A stretch of 64,000 nucleotides of DNA from an uncultured Fimbriimonadales bacterium (GCA_964451985.1 CAYVKB010000002.1:32240-96239); one strand, 5' to 3'; shown: positions 1 through 9,736, counted from the first letter of the stretch. Program-made: numbers and translations. The notes: generated from the sequence alone by a model not told the origin.

Positions 1-649
1 CAAGCAGCGAGGTTGCCCCTGCACGGAAGAACTCATTAATAAACCGATACAGCCCGTGCAGCACTAGAAACGCTGCGAACAGCTGCCCCTCGAACTGACG
101 GCGCGACGCCCAATAGGATAGCCCTGCGAAGATGAGTAGGTTCATCAGCGTTGCGTAGAGTTGGGTTGGGTGGACGGCACGTTCATGCCCGGGAAACAGC
201 GCGCCCCACGGTAGGTCGGTGGGCGCGCCATAGCAGCAGCCTGCGCCGAAGCAGCCGATACGGGCAATCGCGTAGCCCAGCGCCAGCGACGGCGCGGCTA
301 AATCGCCCAGCTGCCAAATGGGTATCCGACGCTTGCGAATGAGGTAAATCGCCGTTGCAATCGCCAGCCCAAAGCCGCCAAAGTAGGACATTCCCCCTTC
401 CCACACACGGAAAATGCTCAGCGGGTCGGAGGCGTATTTTGACCAGTAGGTGATGACGAACGCCAGACGCCCGCCCACAATGCCCAGCGCAACGCTCCAG
501 AACGCCACATCCAGCACGTCGTCGGGCTTGACGCCGTAGCGCGGCGCGAGACGCAACGCCCGCCACACGGCAAGCCAGATACCTACCATCCACATGAAGC
601 CGTAGGTATACAGCGTGAACGGTCCGATTTTGATGAGTTCCGGTCTCAT
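1..649 (-). CDS. lgt: prolipoprotein diacylglyceryl transferase (3' end runs off the window)
   Basis: Own translation of the minus strand from ATG at 649: MRPELIKIGPFTLYTYGFMWMVGIWLA...GGRLAFV...WEGGMSYFGGFG...RIGCFGAGCCYG...HPTQLYA. Absent from the ORF track because there is no stop in the window. Its ATG overlaps the lspA stop (ATGA). Confidence 0.9.
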   Translation of the reverse strand, partial: MRPELIKIGPFTLYTYGFMWMVGIWLAVWRALRLAPRYGVKPDDVLDVAFWSVALGIVGGRLAFVITYWSKYASDPLSIFRVWEGGMSYFGGFGLAIATAIYLIRKRRIPIWQLGDLAAPSLALGYAIARIGCFGAGCCYGAPTDLPWGALFPGHERAVHPTQLYATLMNLLIFAGLSYWASRRQFEGQLFAAFLVLHGLYRFINEFFRAGATSLL

Positions 650-1113
650 CGCGGCGGTTCCTCAGTCGCGCTAACGGGTTCTGCCTCGCGCGCACCCCAA
701 AACTGCAACACCATTAGCCCAAGCAGCGAGCAGGTAATCGCCATGTCCGCCACATTAAACACGGGCCACACCACGAAATCGAACATATCCACCACGTACC
801 CCAATCGCACGCGGTCGATGAAGTTGCCCAGCGCGCCGCCCAGTAGTAGCCCCGTCAGTAATTGCACTGCTCGGGTAGGCTTGTGCTGATGGTGATACCA
901 AATCAGCCCGCCCGCTACCGCCAGCGTGAGCGGAATGGTCAGCCAGCCGCGCCCCTCCAGCATGCCGAACGCAATCCCCGTATTGTGCGTCAACGTGAGG
1001 TAGAAATAGGGAGGTAGCACAGGCAAAGACTGATCTACATTCAGGCTTGCCGCCGCCCAGAGCTTGGTGAGCTGGTCTATGATGAACACCGTAATCGCCA
1101 CGCGCCAGAACAT
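646..1113 (-). CDS. lspA: lipoprotein signal peptidase II
   Basis: 155-aa ORF: FIIDQLTKLW...HNTGIAFG...GGALGNFIDR...FNVADMAI, typical LspA motifs. Translationally coupled to lgt. Confidence 0.9.
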   Translation of the reverse strand: MFWRVAITVFIIDQLTKLWAAASLNVDQSLPVLPPYFYLTLTHNTGIAFGMLEGRGWLTIPLTLAVAGGLIWYHHQHKPTRAVQLLTGLLLGGALGNFIDRVRLGYVVDMFDFVVWPVFNVADMAITCSLLGLMVLQFWGAREAEPVSATEEPPR

Positions 1114-1174
1114 CTCGCTATAAGGATACCTGAGGAGGCAGGAATCGGGGCGTTGGGGGCATACTGTAGTTCAT

Positions 1175-3370
1175 GTGGCAGTGTCGGAGGTACGGGCGGA
1201 GGCGTCTGCGTCGCGCGGGTGGTTTGACGGGCTGATGTTTTGGGGGGTGATGTACCGTCGTGCGCCCGTGACCAAGCTACTGCTGGGCAGCTGGCTGTTC
1301 GCACTGGGCGCGGGTGTACTGGGCGTGCTGCTGATGCCGCTTTTGATCAACTACAAAGGAGGCGCGGGGCTGCACGCACTACTGGGCTGGCTTGCACTGA
1401 TACACTTGCTGGCGCGCGGCTGGGTGGAACGACGTCTGCCCGACCCATCGTTTGCCCACGACCTGCGCACGGGCAACTTCGAGCAGCTACGCCTGACGCC
1501 TCACACGGCGCACACGCTACTTATACAAAGAGGCTTGCCCGATTTGCTGTTCCGCGCCCTGATGATGATCCTATGGCTGCCCCTGTACACCCTTGTTGCC
1601 CGCGTGTTGGGGCTGACCCTCGGGGATGCGCTCACGCTGTGGACGCTGTTCAGCTTCGCGAACTACTTCGTGTTGGGATTGGTCTCACTGGCGTTGCTGG
1701 TGTCGGCGTGGGAGGGTGTTGTACTTGTGCTGGGGGTGGGGCTGCTCGGATATGCGTTTTTGCTGGACGGTGGGCGCACGCGCACAGCGATCTCTAATAG
1801 CGGACTATTCGGCGTGATGATTGCCCTGCCAATTCTGGGGCGCGTACTGATGCCGCAGCATCTGATTGCGGTGTTGCCCGACTTACGGGGCTTCGCACTG
1901 CTGTGGCTGCTGATAGAGGCATTGCGATTTGAACGCACCGCGCGCTGGGTGAACGCGTCGTCGGGCGCGTGGCGTGGGTTTTTCCTGCTGCCGAGCCTTG
2001 CACTGGCTGCACTGGGGGGGCTGATGGCGTTACGTGCAGGCGAGGCGCAGGGCTACTTCGGCGGGGCACTCACGCAGTATGGCGCAATCGGCGTGATGGC
2101 GTCGGTGAGCTTTGTGAGCATCCTGCTGCTCACGCTGCGCCGTCAGGCAGAGGCAGTAGTGCAGCCGTTGCGTGTGCATCTGATGGAGATGGGGCTGCTG
2201 CGCCTGTTAGGGCTGTTGATTCTCGGCGTTGCGATTGCTGGGTGGGGCTTGCCGACGGGTACTATGGCGTTTTGGGGCGTGTTGATGTGGATAAGCGCGG
2301 TGGAGTGGTTGGGCGGTGCGCTGTTTCGGCGGTTGATGCAGCGGGCGCACAGCCGCGCTCCTGCGTGGGCGTATGGCGGGCTGCTGTTGGGAATTGTGCC
2401 TGCACTGGTTTTCTACATCGCGCCGCAGTGGGCTACGCTGGGCGCACTGAGTCCGATCTTCGCGCTCACGATGGCGTCCGATGCGTGGAGTGCGACGCGG
2501 GTGTCGGTTCAGCCCCCGCTGTGGCTGTGTGCGGCGATGCCTGTCGTGCGGTATGGGGTGGTGTTGGGCGTGCTGGCGTTGGGGGCGACGGTAGGGCGTG
2601 CTGCGTTGCCTCGTCGTGCGCCTGTCACCCTGCGCTGGCTGGCGTTGCCGCTGCTCTATCCGATACTGGACTGGTTGGTGCAGCAACGCATGCAGAATCC
2701 TGTCGCACGCCTAACGACTTTTGAGCGTCAGCCGCCCTTCGCGCCAATCTTGGGCGTCGCTGCCTTCGCTCTCTTCGCGCTGGATAGTGCGGGCAGCGAC
2801 TGGCAGCTGTTTCTGCTGATACCAATGGGTATTTTCTTGTGGCTATGGGGGTACCATTCCACGGGCAAGCGTGTGCGCCGCTGGCTCGATTCGGGTGAAC
2901 TCAGCAGCGCATTTCTGGCGGGTCTGGCACCACAGCAGCTGTTCTGGGGCTGGGTGTATGGCGCGTGGCATCAGCAGGGGCGAGCGCTGCTGGCGGCGTT
3001 CAGTGGCGCGATGCTGGGTTGGCTGGTTCGCGCGGCGTTCTCGGCATCGTCGTTCAGTATGGGTATGGGCGTCGCTTGGCTAACCTTCGTGTTTGGCATT
3101 GGCGTTGGGCTTCAGATAGTCTATGTTGTGCTTTGGTCATGCGCGTGGCTGATTGCTGCGCCCGCTGCCATCCGTGACCAGCTAACCGCTCCGCAAGCCA
3201 CCGCGCCCCTGCTTACACCCCGCGCGGTGATTCAGTCGGCGTTCTTCAGCGTAGTCGCGTGCTGCGCGCCGCTTGCGCCATTCCTGCTAATTGGCTTGCC
3301 CATTTACGCCTCGCAAAGCATCATAGCCCTGCACAAACTCGCCCGTGCACCTGGGGAACTTAAACGCTGA
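1175..3370 (+). CDS. large polytopic membrane protein of unknown function (ABC-2-permease-like motif)
   Basis: 731-aa ORF with many hydrophobic segments. LRTGNFEQLRLTPHTAHTLLIQRG resembles the E-x-GT-x-E-x-L-x-TP signature of ABC-2 type permeases. No ATPase partner nearby. Start uncertain (GTG 1175 or ATG 1235). Confidence 0.55.
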   Translation: MAVSEVRAEASASRGWFDGLMFWGVMYRRAPVTKLLLGSWLFALGAGVLGVLLMPLLINYKGGAGLHALLGWLALIHLLARGWVERRLPDPSFAHDLRTGNFEQLRLTPHTAHTLLIQRGLPDLLFRALMMILWLPLYTLVARVLGLTLGDALTLWTLFSFANYFVLGLVSLALLVSAWEGVVLVLGVGLLGYAFLLDGGRTRTAISNSGLFGVMIALPILGRVLMPQHLIAVLPDLRGFALLWLLIEALRFERTARWVNASSGAWRGFFLLPSLALAALGGLMALRAGEAQGYFGGALTQYGAIGVMASVSFVSILLLTLRRQAEAVVQPLRVHLMEMGLLRLLGLLILGVAIAGWGLPTGTMAFWGVLMWISAVEWLGGALFRRLMQRAHSRAPAWAYGGLLLGIVPALVFYIAPQWATLGALSPIFALTMASDAWSATRVSVQPPLWLCAAMPVVRYGVVLGVLALGATVGRAALPRRAPVTLRWLALPLLYPILDWLVQQRMQNPVARLTTFERQPPFAPILGVAAFALFALDSAGSDWQLFLLIPMGIFLWLWGYHSTGKRVRRWLDSGELSSAFLAGLAPQQLFWGWVYGAWHQQGRALLAAFSGAMLGWLVRAAFSASSFSMGMGVAWLTFVFGIGVGLQIVYVVLWSCAWLIAAPAAIRDQLTAPQATAPLLTPRAVIQSAFFSVVACCAPLAPFLLIGLPIYASQSIIALHKLARAPGELKR

Positions 3371-3405
3371 TATGGAATATCTTATTATAAGAGGTGGTTC
3401 AGACG

Positions 3406-3957
3406 ATGCTCAACCGAGACCTATCGTTGCAGCAGCTGTTTGGGGATCTGGTGGAACGCGCATTCGCGCTTTCGTTGCGCTGGGATGACCGGCAGGTGAT
3501 GGGCTACTTGACGAACCTGCTGACCGAGTTCGCGCACATCGACAGCCTGTACCGCCTGCGCGATTTGAGTGGACGACCGCTGCAGGAGGTCGCCGAGATG
3601 CTCTATTACGCCGACATTCGGCTGGGCGCGCAGTCATTCTATCAGGAGCGCGAGGTACATCGACATATTGGGGACTTCACGCTGTTTTGGGCGGGCGTCT
3701 ATCCGGAGGCGCTGCCCAAGCTGCGCGCCTCGCTGCGCAAAGACCATCTGATCGACTATGTGAAGCAGGGCAAGGAGTCGTACCGCCTTGTGTCGCTGTT
3801 TGATATTGGCGAGTGGCGCGAGGAAGCCCCGATGTTCCGCCGCCTTTCGGAACACTTCGAGGTGGCGATGCAGGGGCTGCACGCTGTGCGCCACATGTGG
3901 GAGCAGATGGCACAGGAGAGTTTTCAGCGATTCCGCAAGGGCGTCGAGGGCTGGTAA
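3406..3957 (+). CDS. hypothetical soluble protein
   Basis: ORF track 3394..3957. The ATG at 3406 follows AAGAGGTGG by about 9 nt. No family recognised. Confidence 0.5.
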   Translation: MLNRDLSLQQLFGDLVERAFALSLRWDDRQVMGYLTNLLTEFAHIDSLYRLRDLSGRPLQEVAEMLYYADIRLGAQSFYQEREVHRHIGDFTLFWAGVYPEALPKLRASLRKDHLIDYVKQGKESYRLVSLFDIGEWREEAPMFRRLSEHFEVAMQGLHAVRHMWEQMAQESFQRFRKGVEGW

Positions 3958-4031
3958 GGAACGCCTTACAGAGATAAATCTTTCTCAAAACCCAATACCC
4001 CTGTTGTTTATGCTATAATAGGGGTGGAGAT

Positions 4032-4868
4032 ATGACTATGCGACAGCGCGGAGGATTTACCCTGATCGAACTCTTGGTTGTGATTGCAATCATCGCTATT
4101 CTGGCGGCGATTCTATTCCCTGTCTTTGCCCAGGCGCGTGAGAAGGCGCGCCAAACGACCTGTGTAAGCAATCTCAAACAGATAGGCACTGCATTTATGA
4201 TGTACGTCCAGGATTATGACGAAACTTATGCGCCGTGGACGGGTATGTGCCCCGATCCGAATCTACGATGGCAAGTGCGCTATATGTTTCCCGGACTGGT
4301 CGATCCATACATCAAGAACGGTGCGAATGTACAGACAGGCGAGCTGAAAGATGTGTGGGCATGCCCTTCTGCTAAAGCGGGATTGAGCGCGATTAGCAAC
4401 ACCTATGCCTACAACTTCTGGACGTTCGGCGGCTACAGCACTTGTATGTGTATCCCGACCCAGGCGGCGTGTACGCGCGATCCTGCCGCCTTTGCACAGT
4501 TTGCCAACTCTGCCTACAACACGCCCGCGCCGATTGCTTCGATTCAATACCCTGCAGAGACCATCATGCTTTCTGATGGAGCACAGCTGAGTCGCCCGCC
4601 CCAATTCGCGATTGGCTTCAACGGCGATATTTACTTTGTGGGTGTGTGGGGAGCGCACCAGCGTGGCAACGGCAACGTGAATACTACAGCGACCAGCAAT
4701 GCCTTTATTCGCACGCTGATTACAGGCCGCTTGACAAATGTGGTGTATGCTGATGGACATGTGAAAACCACTCCCACTACGCGATGGTACCACCGGAACT
4801 ACGCATCGACGGACGGTTCGTGGCGTGGCGAGGCGACTGATAATCGCTTCTGGGCGCGTGAGTGGTAA
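4032..4868 (+). CDS. prepilin-type N-terminal cleavage/methylation domain protein (DUF1559-like pseudopilin)
   Basis: N-terminus [37 protein letters not shown]-terminal VVYADGHVK motif. Confidence 0.8.
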   Translation: MTMRQRGGFTLIELLVVIAIIAILAAILFPVFAQAREKARQTTCVSNLKQIGTAFMMYVQDYDETYAPWTGMCPDPNLRWQVRYMFPGLVDPYIKNGANVQTGELKDVWACPSAKAGLSAISNTYAYNFWTFGGYSTCMCIPTQAACTRDPAAFAQFANSAYNTPAPIASIQYPAETIMLSDGAQLSRPPQFAIGFNGDIYFVGVWGAHQRGNGNVNTTATSNAFIRTLITGRLTNVVYADGHVKTTPTTRWYHRNYASTDGSWRGEATDNRFWAREW

Positions 4869-4898
4869 AGTATCGGAGCCTTGTGCAGTTGCTTGCCT

Positions 4899-4925
4899 AC
4901 CCGCTCGATGCCCCATCGAGCGGGT
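4899..4925 (+). terminator. 11-bp stem hairpin after the pseudopilin gene, abutting a TATAAT box (4925-4930) upstream of murA
   Basis: ACCCGCTCGAT-gcccc-ATCGAGCGGGT read directly. The downstream tract is only moderately T-rich. Confidence 0.35.
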
Positions 4926-4977
4926 ATAATCGTTTGCAGTTGCAGGACGCATCTTTGGGCAAGGAGGACATACGCTG

Positions 4978-6279
4978 TTGGAGAGCTACAAAATCATCGG
5001 CGGAACACCGCTTACAGGCGCAGTGACGATTAGCGGGAGCAAAAATGCAGCGTTGGCACTGATGGCGGGCGCATTACTGATTGAAGGCGAGGTGATTCTG
5101 CACAACACGCCGCAGATTGAAGACGTGTTCACGATGGTCGCCCTGATGCAGGGGCTGGGTGTGCGGGCGGAATGGCGCGGCAATACCCTGTATCTAGATA
5201 CGCGCGAGCTGAGTCACGCGAAGCCGAACCCGCAGCTGGTGAACCGCATGCGCGCCTCGTTTTATATTTTTGGGCCGCTGCTCGCCCGACTGGGCTACGC
5301 GCGGATGCCCCATCCCGGTGGGTGCCAGATTGGCAGCCGACCCGTGAACTTCCACATCAATGGGCTGCGGGCACTGGGCGCACAGATTCATCAGAACGGC
5401 AACTGCTACACGGCGCAAACGCTGGGGCTGACAGGCGCGCGAATTTATCTGGATATGCCCAGCGCGGGTGCAACCCAGCAAATCATGACCGCTGCTGTGT
5501 ACGCTAATGGGCTGACCACCATTGAGAACGCTGCGATGGAACCTGAAGTGGTGAACCTCGCCGATTTCTTGAATGCGGCGGGCGCACGCATCGAGGGTGC
5601 AGGCACCAGCACGATTTATATCCAAGGCGTCTCTAAACTCACACCGCGTGCGGAGTTCTCCGTCATCCCCGACCGTCTGGAGGCAGGTACGTTCGCCTTA
5701 GCCGCCGCCATCACGCTGGGCGAGGTGACTTTGGAGAAAGTGCTGCCTGAACACCTGCACGCGTTGTTGGCGAAACTGCGCGAGGCGGGCGTGAGCATTA
5801 CCGAGCGCGAGACCAGTGTCACGATACGCGCCACAGAACGTCCCAAACCGCTCGACATCCGCACAATGCCCTATCCCGGCTTCCCTACCGATTTACAGCA
5901 GCCCATGTGCGCCCTGCTCGCCCTCGCCGACGGCGCATCGAAAGTGCTGGAGACCATCTACGAGAACCGCACGCAGCATGTGCCCGAATTGCAGAAGATG
6001 GGCGCAGACATCACCGCCGAGGGGCGCACTATCCTGATTCGCGGCGTGGAACGACTGAAAGGCGCGCGTGTGCGGGCGACCGACCTGCGCGGTGGGGCAG
6101 CCCTCGTTGTTGCCGCGCTCGCGGCGCACGGCGAGACCGAAATCGAGGAAATCAGCCATATCGACCGTGGTTACGAACTGTTGGAAGACAAACTGCGCGC
6201 GCTGGGCGCATCGATTCAACGCATCACACCCTACGCGCTTACCGCAACCCTGCACGAAGAGACAACACGCAAAACGTGA
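4978..6279 (+). CDS. murA: UDP-N-acetylglucosamine 1-carboxyvinyltransferase
   Basis: 433-aa ORF (TTG start, AAGGAGG upstream): GGTPLTGAVTISGSKNAAL...GGCQIGSRPV...RGGAALVVAALAA. Confidence 0.95.
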   Translation: MESYKIIGGTPLTGAVTISGSKNAALALMAGALLIEGEVILHNTPQIEDVFTMVALMQGLGVRAEWRGNTLYLDTRELSHAKPNPQLVNRMRASFYIFGPLLARLGYARMPHPGGCQIGSRPVNFHINGLRALGAQIHQNGNCYTAQTLGLTGARIYLDMPSAGATQQIMTAAVYANGLTTIENAAMEPEVVNLADFLNAAGARIEGAGTSTIYIQGVSKLTPRAEFSVIPDRLEAGTFALAAAITLGEVTLEKVLPEHLHALLAKLREAGVSITERETSVTIRATERPKPLDIRTMPYPGFPTDLQQPMCALLALADGASKVLETIYENRTQHVPELQKMGADITAEGRTILIRGVERLKGARVRATDLRGGAALVVAALAAHGETEIEEISHIDRGYELLEDKLRALGASIQRITPYALTATLHEETTRKT

Positions 6280-6281
6280 CT

Positions 6282-7289
6282 ATGTTCCGGCTGAACACTG
6301 AACTGGGCGTGGATTTGGGCACGGCGAACCTGCTGGTATACCAGCGAGGGCGTGGTATCGTGCTGCGTGAGCCGTCCGTGGTCGCCATCTCACAGCCCTC
6401 CGGCAAGGTGCTGGCGGTCGGCGAGGAAGCCCGCCTGATGTTGGGGCGCACGCCCGGTAACATCACCGCCGTCAAGCCTCTCGTGAACGGCGTGATAGCC
6501 GATTACACCATCACGCTGGAGATGTTGCGCTATGTGATTAATAAGATTCTCGGCAAGCGAAGGCTGTTCGCCCCGCGGATGCTGGTGTGCGTGCCTTCCA
6601 GTGCGACGGATGTGGAGCGCCGCGCTGTGCAACAAGCTGCCAAAGAGGCGGGCGCAGGCGAGGTGCATCTGATTGAAGAGCCGATGGCGGCGGCAATCGG
6701 CGCGGGACTGCCCATCAGCCAGCCGGGAGGCAACATGGTGGTGGACATCGGCGGTGGCACGACCGACATCGCTGTCATCTCGCTGGGCGGCATCGTGATT
6801 AGCCGCAGTATCCGCGTCGCGGGCAACAAGCTCGACGAGGCGATTATCCGCCACGTGCGCCACCGCTACAACTTGATGATTGGCGAGCGCACTGCGGAGG
6901 AAATCAAAATCCGCATCGGCTCAGCGTATCCGCTGCCGCAGGAACTCACGATGGAAGTGCGCGGGCGCGACCTGGTAGAAGGCTTACCTCGCACGGTGGT
7001 CATCCATTCGGAAGAGATTCGCGAGTCGCTGACGGAGCCGGTGAACCAGATTGTGGAGAAGGTACGCTCCGTGCTGGAAGAGACACCTCCCGAACTCGCT
7101 TCGGACATTATCGAGCGCGGAGTCGTGCTGACGGGCGGCGGCGCGCTGCTGCGTGGCTTTGATAAACTGCTTCAGCATGCGACGGGCATTCCCGTCTACA
7201 TCGCGGAAGACCCGCTCTCCTGCGTCGCGATTGGCACTGGGCGCGCCTTAGAAGAGATGGACGCGATTGTGAAAGCGGCACAGTATTAA
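6282..7289 (+). CDS. mreB: rod shape-determining protein MreB
   Basis: MFRLNTELGVDLGTANLLVY...DIGGGTTDIAVISLGG. The ORF-track entry 5907..7289 is an upstream extension that overlaps murA. The ATG at 6282 lies 2 nt after the murA stop. Confidence 0.95.
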   Translation: MFRLNTELGVDLGTANLLVYQRGRGIVLREPSVVAISQPSGKVLAVGEEARLMLGRTPGNITAVKPLVNGVIADYTITLEMLRYVINKILGKRRLFAPRMLVCVPSSATDVERRAVQQAAKEAGAGEVHLIEEPMAAAIGAGLPISQPGGNMVVDIGGGTTDIAVISLGGIVISRSIRVAGNKLDEAIIRHVRHRYNLMIGERTAEEIKIRIGSAYPLPQELTMEVRGRDLVEGLPRTVVIHSEEIRESLTEPVNQIVEKVRSVLEETPPELASDIIERGVVLTGGGALLRGFDKLLQHATGIPVYIAEDPLSCVAIGTGRALEEMDAIVKAAQY

Positions 7290-7336
7290 ACGCTTCCTAA
7301 ACCTCTCTGGGGATATGCTCAGGTACACTTAGCGGT

Positions 7337-8689
7337 ATGCGCATCCGAGTTCTCAAGTTTGGCGGCACGAGCGTGGACACTCCGGAACATCGCCATATGG
7401 CGGCGCGGAAGGTAATACAGTGTATCGAGTCGGGCGCGCGCCCTGTGTTGGTAGTCTCGGCGATCGGCAGGCGTGGCGCGCCCTACGCCACCGATACGCT
7501 GGTGGAGCTGCTGACGCAAATAGACCCCACCATCCCGCCTGCACCGCGCGAGCGTGACCTGATGATGGCGTGCGGCGAGATTATCTCCACTGTGATTATG
7601 GCGCAGACGCTGCGCACGCTGGGCTACGCGACCGTCGCCCTGACTGGCAATCAGGCGGGCATCATCACCGATAATGAGTTCGGCAACGCGCGGATTTTGG
7701 AGATTAACCCCGAACCGATTTTGCGCTGTTTGGAGCAGGGCTGGATTCCGATTGTGGCGGGGTTTCAGGGCGTGACTCGCTCCGACGCGATTTTCCAGCG
7801 CGGTTCGATTACCACACTGGGGCGCGGAGGCAGCGACACCACCGCCGCTGCGCTGGGCGCAGCCCTGAGGGCGGAAGCCGTTGAAATCTACACCGATGTG
7901 AATGGCGTCAAAACCGCCGATCCCGATTTCGTGCCCGACGCCATTACCCTGCCTGAAGTGAGCTACGAGGAGGTGGCGGAGATTGCCCACCAAGGCGCGC
8001 GCGTGCTGCACCCCCGCGCCGCCGAAATCGCGATGGACTACGGCATCCCGTTGTGGGTGAAATGTACCTTTACCGACGAAGCGGGTACGCGCGTCGCCGC
8101 CCATGCCAACGGGCAACGGCGCATCACAGGCGTCACCCACACGGGCAAACTGGCGTATTTGAGCTTCTATATCCCCTACCCGGAACACAAAGCACAACTG
8201 GAGCTGGAGATTTATCGTCTGATGGCGCAGGTAGGCGTGAACCTGCAGGGCGTAGGCGTGGACGAGGAGGGGCTGGGCTTCGCTTTTCCCCGCGAACATT
8301 GGCATACCGTGCGCACGGCGTTAGATGGGCTGGTCGTACCCCTGGGCGAGCCGAGCGCGTTCTACCTGTTCCAGTTCGGCGAGGTGCCCAGCCAGCTGTG
8401 CCAGATTCAGCGCGATATGCTGCATAAGGCGGGGCTATCCGAATGTGTGCGCACGATTACAATCGCCATCGCCGAGGGCTGCACGATGGTCTCACTGATT
8501 GCCGACGGCTATAGCCGCCAACCGGGTGTATTCGCCGAGCTGCACCAAACACTGATCGAGGCGGGCATCCCCATCTGGCAAACCGCCGACTCGGAGCTGT
8601 CGTTATCGTGCATCATTCCCGAAAGCGAAGTGAATAAGGCGGTGAAGTTAATCCATGACCGATTCGCACTGGACGCCGTCGCCCGATGA
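7337..8689 (+). CDS. lysC: aspartate kinase
   Basis: MRIRVLKFGGTSV...VVSAIG...TTLGRGGSDTTAAALG, followed by a C-terminal ACT-like region. Confidence 0.9.
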   Translation: MRIRVLKFGGTSVDTPEHRHMAARKVIQCIESGARPVLVVSAIGRRGAPYATDTLVELLTQIDPTIPPAPRERDLMMACGEIISTVIMAQTLRTLGYATVALTGNQAGIITDNEFGNARILEINPEPILRCLEQGWIPIVAGFQGVTRSDAIFQRGSITTLGRGGSDTTAAALGAALRAEAVEIYTDVNGVKTADPDFVPDAITLPEVSYEEVAEIAHQGARVLHPRAAEIAMDYGIPLWVKCTFTDEAGTRVAAHANGQRRITGVTHTGKLAYLSFYIPYPEHKAQLELEIYRLMAQVGVNLQGVGVDEEGLGFAFPREHWHTVRTALDGLVVPLGEPSAFYLFQFGEVPSQLCQIQRDMLHKAGLSECVRTITIAIAEGCTMVSLIADGYSRQPGVFAELHQTLIEAGIPIWQTADSELSLSCIIPESEVNKAVKLIHDRFALDAVAR

Positions 8690-9017
8690 GTCGGAGGAGG
8701 TTCGCCCGCCCGACCTACCCCCGACGCCCCCGCTGCCGGAGCCACCGAAGGTTGAGTTTCAGCGTCCCACTCTACCAGGCAGTCAGCCGTCGCCCACGTT
8801 CCAGCGCAACACCCGCGCGGTAAGCCTTGCGTTCTCCATCGGTTTCGCGCTGGCGGGTCCTGTGATTTTGGGCGCACTGGTCGGCTACTGGCTGGATGGT
8901 CGGTTCGCCACATCCCCCACCTGGACGATGATTCTCACGCTGCTGGGCATGGGCGCGGGGCTGACGCAGCTGATTCGCATCGTAAACAAGCTGAACCAAA
9001 TGGAGGATAAGCCGTGA
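8655..9017 (+). CDS. AtpZ/AtpI-family small membrane protein with a Pro-rich N-terminus
   Basis: C-terminal half FSIGFALAGPVILGALVGYWLDGRF...TLLGMGAGLTQLI resembles the AtpZ (putative F0F1-ATPase subunit) family. Overlaps the lysC 3' end by 35 nt. Confidence 0.6.
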   Translation: MTDSHWTPSPDESEEVRPPDLPPTPPLPEPPKVEFQRPTLPGSQPSPTFQRNTRAVSLAFSIGFALAGPVILGALVGYWLDGRFATSPTWTMILTLLGMGAGLTQLIRIVNKLNQMEDKP

Positions 9018-9394
9018 GCGTGATGGAGAACCCCACGCTGCTGTGGCGTTCGGTAGGCAAGTGGACGGCGATTCTCACAGCAGTTGGCGTGGGGGCGAGC
9101 CTTGCGTTGGGCGCGTGGCGATTGGGCGTGGGCATGCTGCTGGGCGTGGGTGCGTTGGGCTGGGCAATGGGTTTCTTTGTGCTAATCACGCGCTTCTTCG
9201 CCCCGCAGCAAAACCCTCTATTCCCTCGCCTCCTGATGCTCAGCAACCCGCTCAAGTACCCCATGCTGCTTGTGTTCGCCTACCTTGCCGTGCGCGGAGG
9301 CGAGGTGATGACAATAGGCTTTGCAATCGGCGTCGCGCTGCCCTTAGCCGTGATTACAGGGCTTGCCATCCGCGAAGCGTTCACCACGCGATAA
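9014..9394 (+). CDS. ATP synthase protein I-like membrane protein
   Basis: 126 aa, four hydrophobic helices, GTGA start/stop overlap with the preceding AtpZ-like gene. The family call is tentative. Confidence 0.45.
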   Translation: MSVMENPTLLWRSVGKWTAILTAVGVGASLALGAWRLGVGMLLGVGALGWAMGFFVLITRFFAPQQNPLFPRLLMLSNPLKYPMLLVFAYLAVRGGEVMTIGFAIGVALPLAVITGLAIREAFTTR

Positions 9395-9692
9395 AACTAC
9401 TCACTACCGCACCCCCCAACCAAAGCGTGAGGTACGCCGTGAACCCAAACCGCAGCCAACGCTTCACAAACACAGGATTCTGACGCCGGTACCACTCCGC
9501 AAGCCCCACCGCCATCCCCAGCGTGAGGAACTTCACCACGAAAAACGCCCCCCAACTAAGCTGAATGAACCAGTTCATAATTGGATTGAACTCGGTTGCA
9601 TACCCGCGTGTAATCAACCAGTAGGTACTCATTGAATCGGCAAGCACCAGCAGAATCAGTCCCCATGTTTCCTTGTGGCGCATGGTGGGCAT
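9381..9692 (-). CDS. small membrane protein (DUF5658-like)
   Basis: 103 aa: LADSMSTYWLITRGYATEFNPIMNW pattern and 3-4 TM helices. Confidence 0.5.
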   Translation of the reverse strand: MPTMRHKETWGLILLVLADSMSTYWLITRGYATEFNPIMNWFIQLSWGAFFVVKFLTLGMAVGLAEWYRRQNPVFVKRWLRFGFTAYLTLWLGGAVVSSFIAW

Positions 9693-9708
9693 TCCAGCAA
9701 CTTTCGTA

Positions 9709-9726
9709 CCACAAGGTATAATCGCC
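9709..9726 (+). repeat. left copy of exact 18-bp direct repeat CCACAAGGTATAATCGCC (contains TATAAT 9717-9722)
   Basis: Read directly. Identical to 11703-11720. Confidence 0.9.
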
Positions 9727-9736
9727 GCGAGACTGT

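Noticed and set aside
5907-6281. N-terminal 125-aa extension of the mreB ORF in the track (start 5907).
   Set aside because: The extension overlaps the murA 3' end and is Arg-rich nonsense. Canonical MreB begins at MFRLNTELGVDLG (ATG 6282), 2 nt after the murA stop. The same logic removed the extensions at 29752, 41342, 43655, 24951, 55362, 56312 and 48084.
7290-7336. Lysine riboswitch upstream of lysC, and likewise an FMN riboswitch upstream of ribF.
   Set aside because: Only 47 nt separate mreB and lysC, and this gap is occupied by a -10 box 7 nt from the ATG. ribF overlaps truB. There is no room for either aptamer.
7319-8305. 328-aa ORF antisense to lysC. Similar long antisense or alternate-frame ORFs include 183..695, 1240..1797, 12114..12857, 33364..34488, 41724..42155 and 48885..49484.
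   Set aside because: They lie entirely within well-supported genes on the other strand or frame. Their composition is Arg/Ala/Pro/Gly-rich and low in complexity, as expected from stop-codon paucity in GC-rich DNA, and none shows a recognisable motif.
8611-8635. CATCATTCCCGAAAGCGAAGTGAAT inside lysC as another copy of the short CATTCYG..AAGCG element.
   Set aside because: The match is weaker (an extra base, different flanks). The encoded IIPESEV fits an ordinary ACT-domain strand, so it is likely coincidental.
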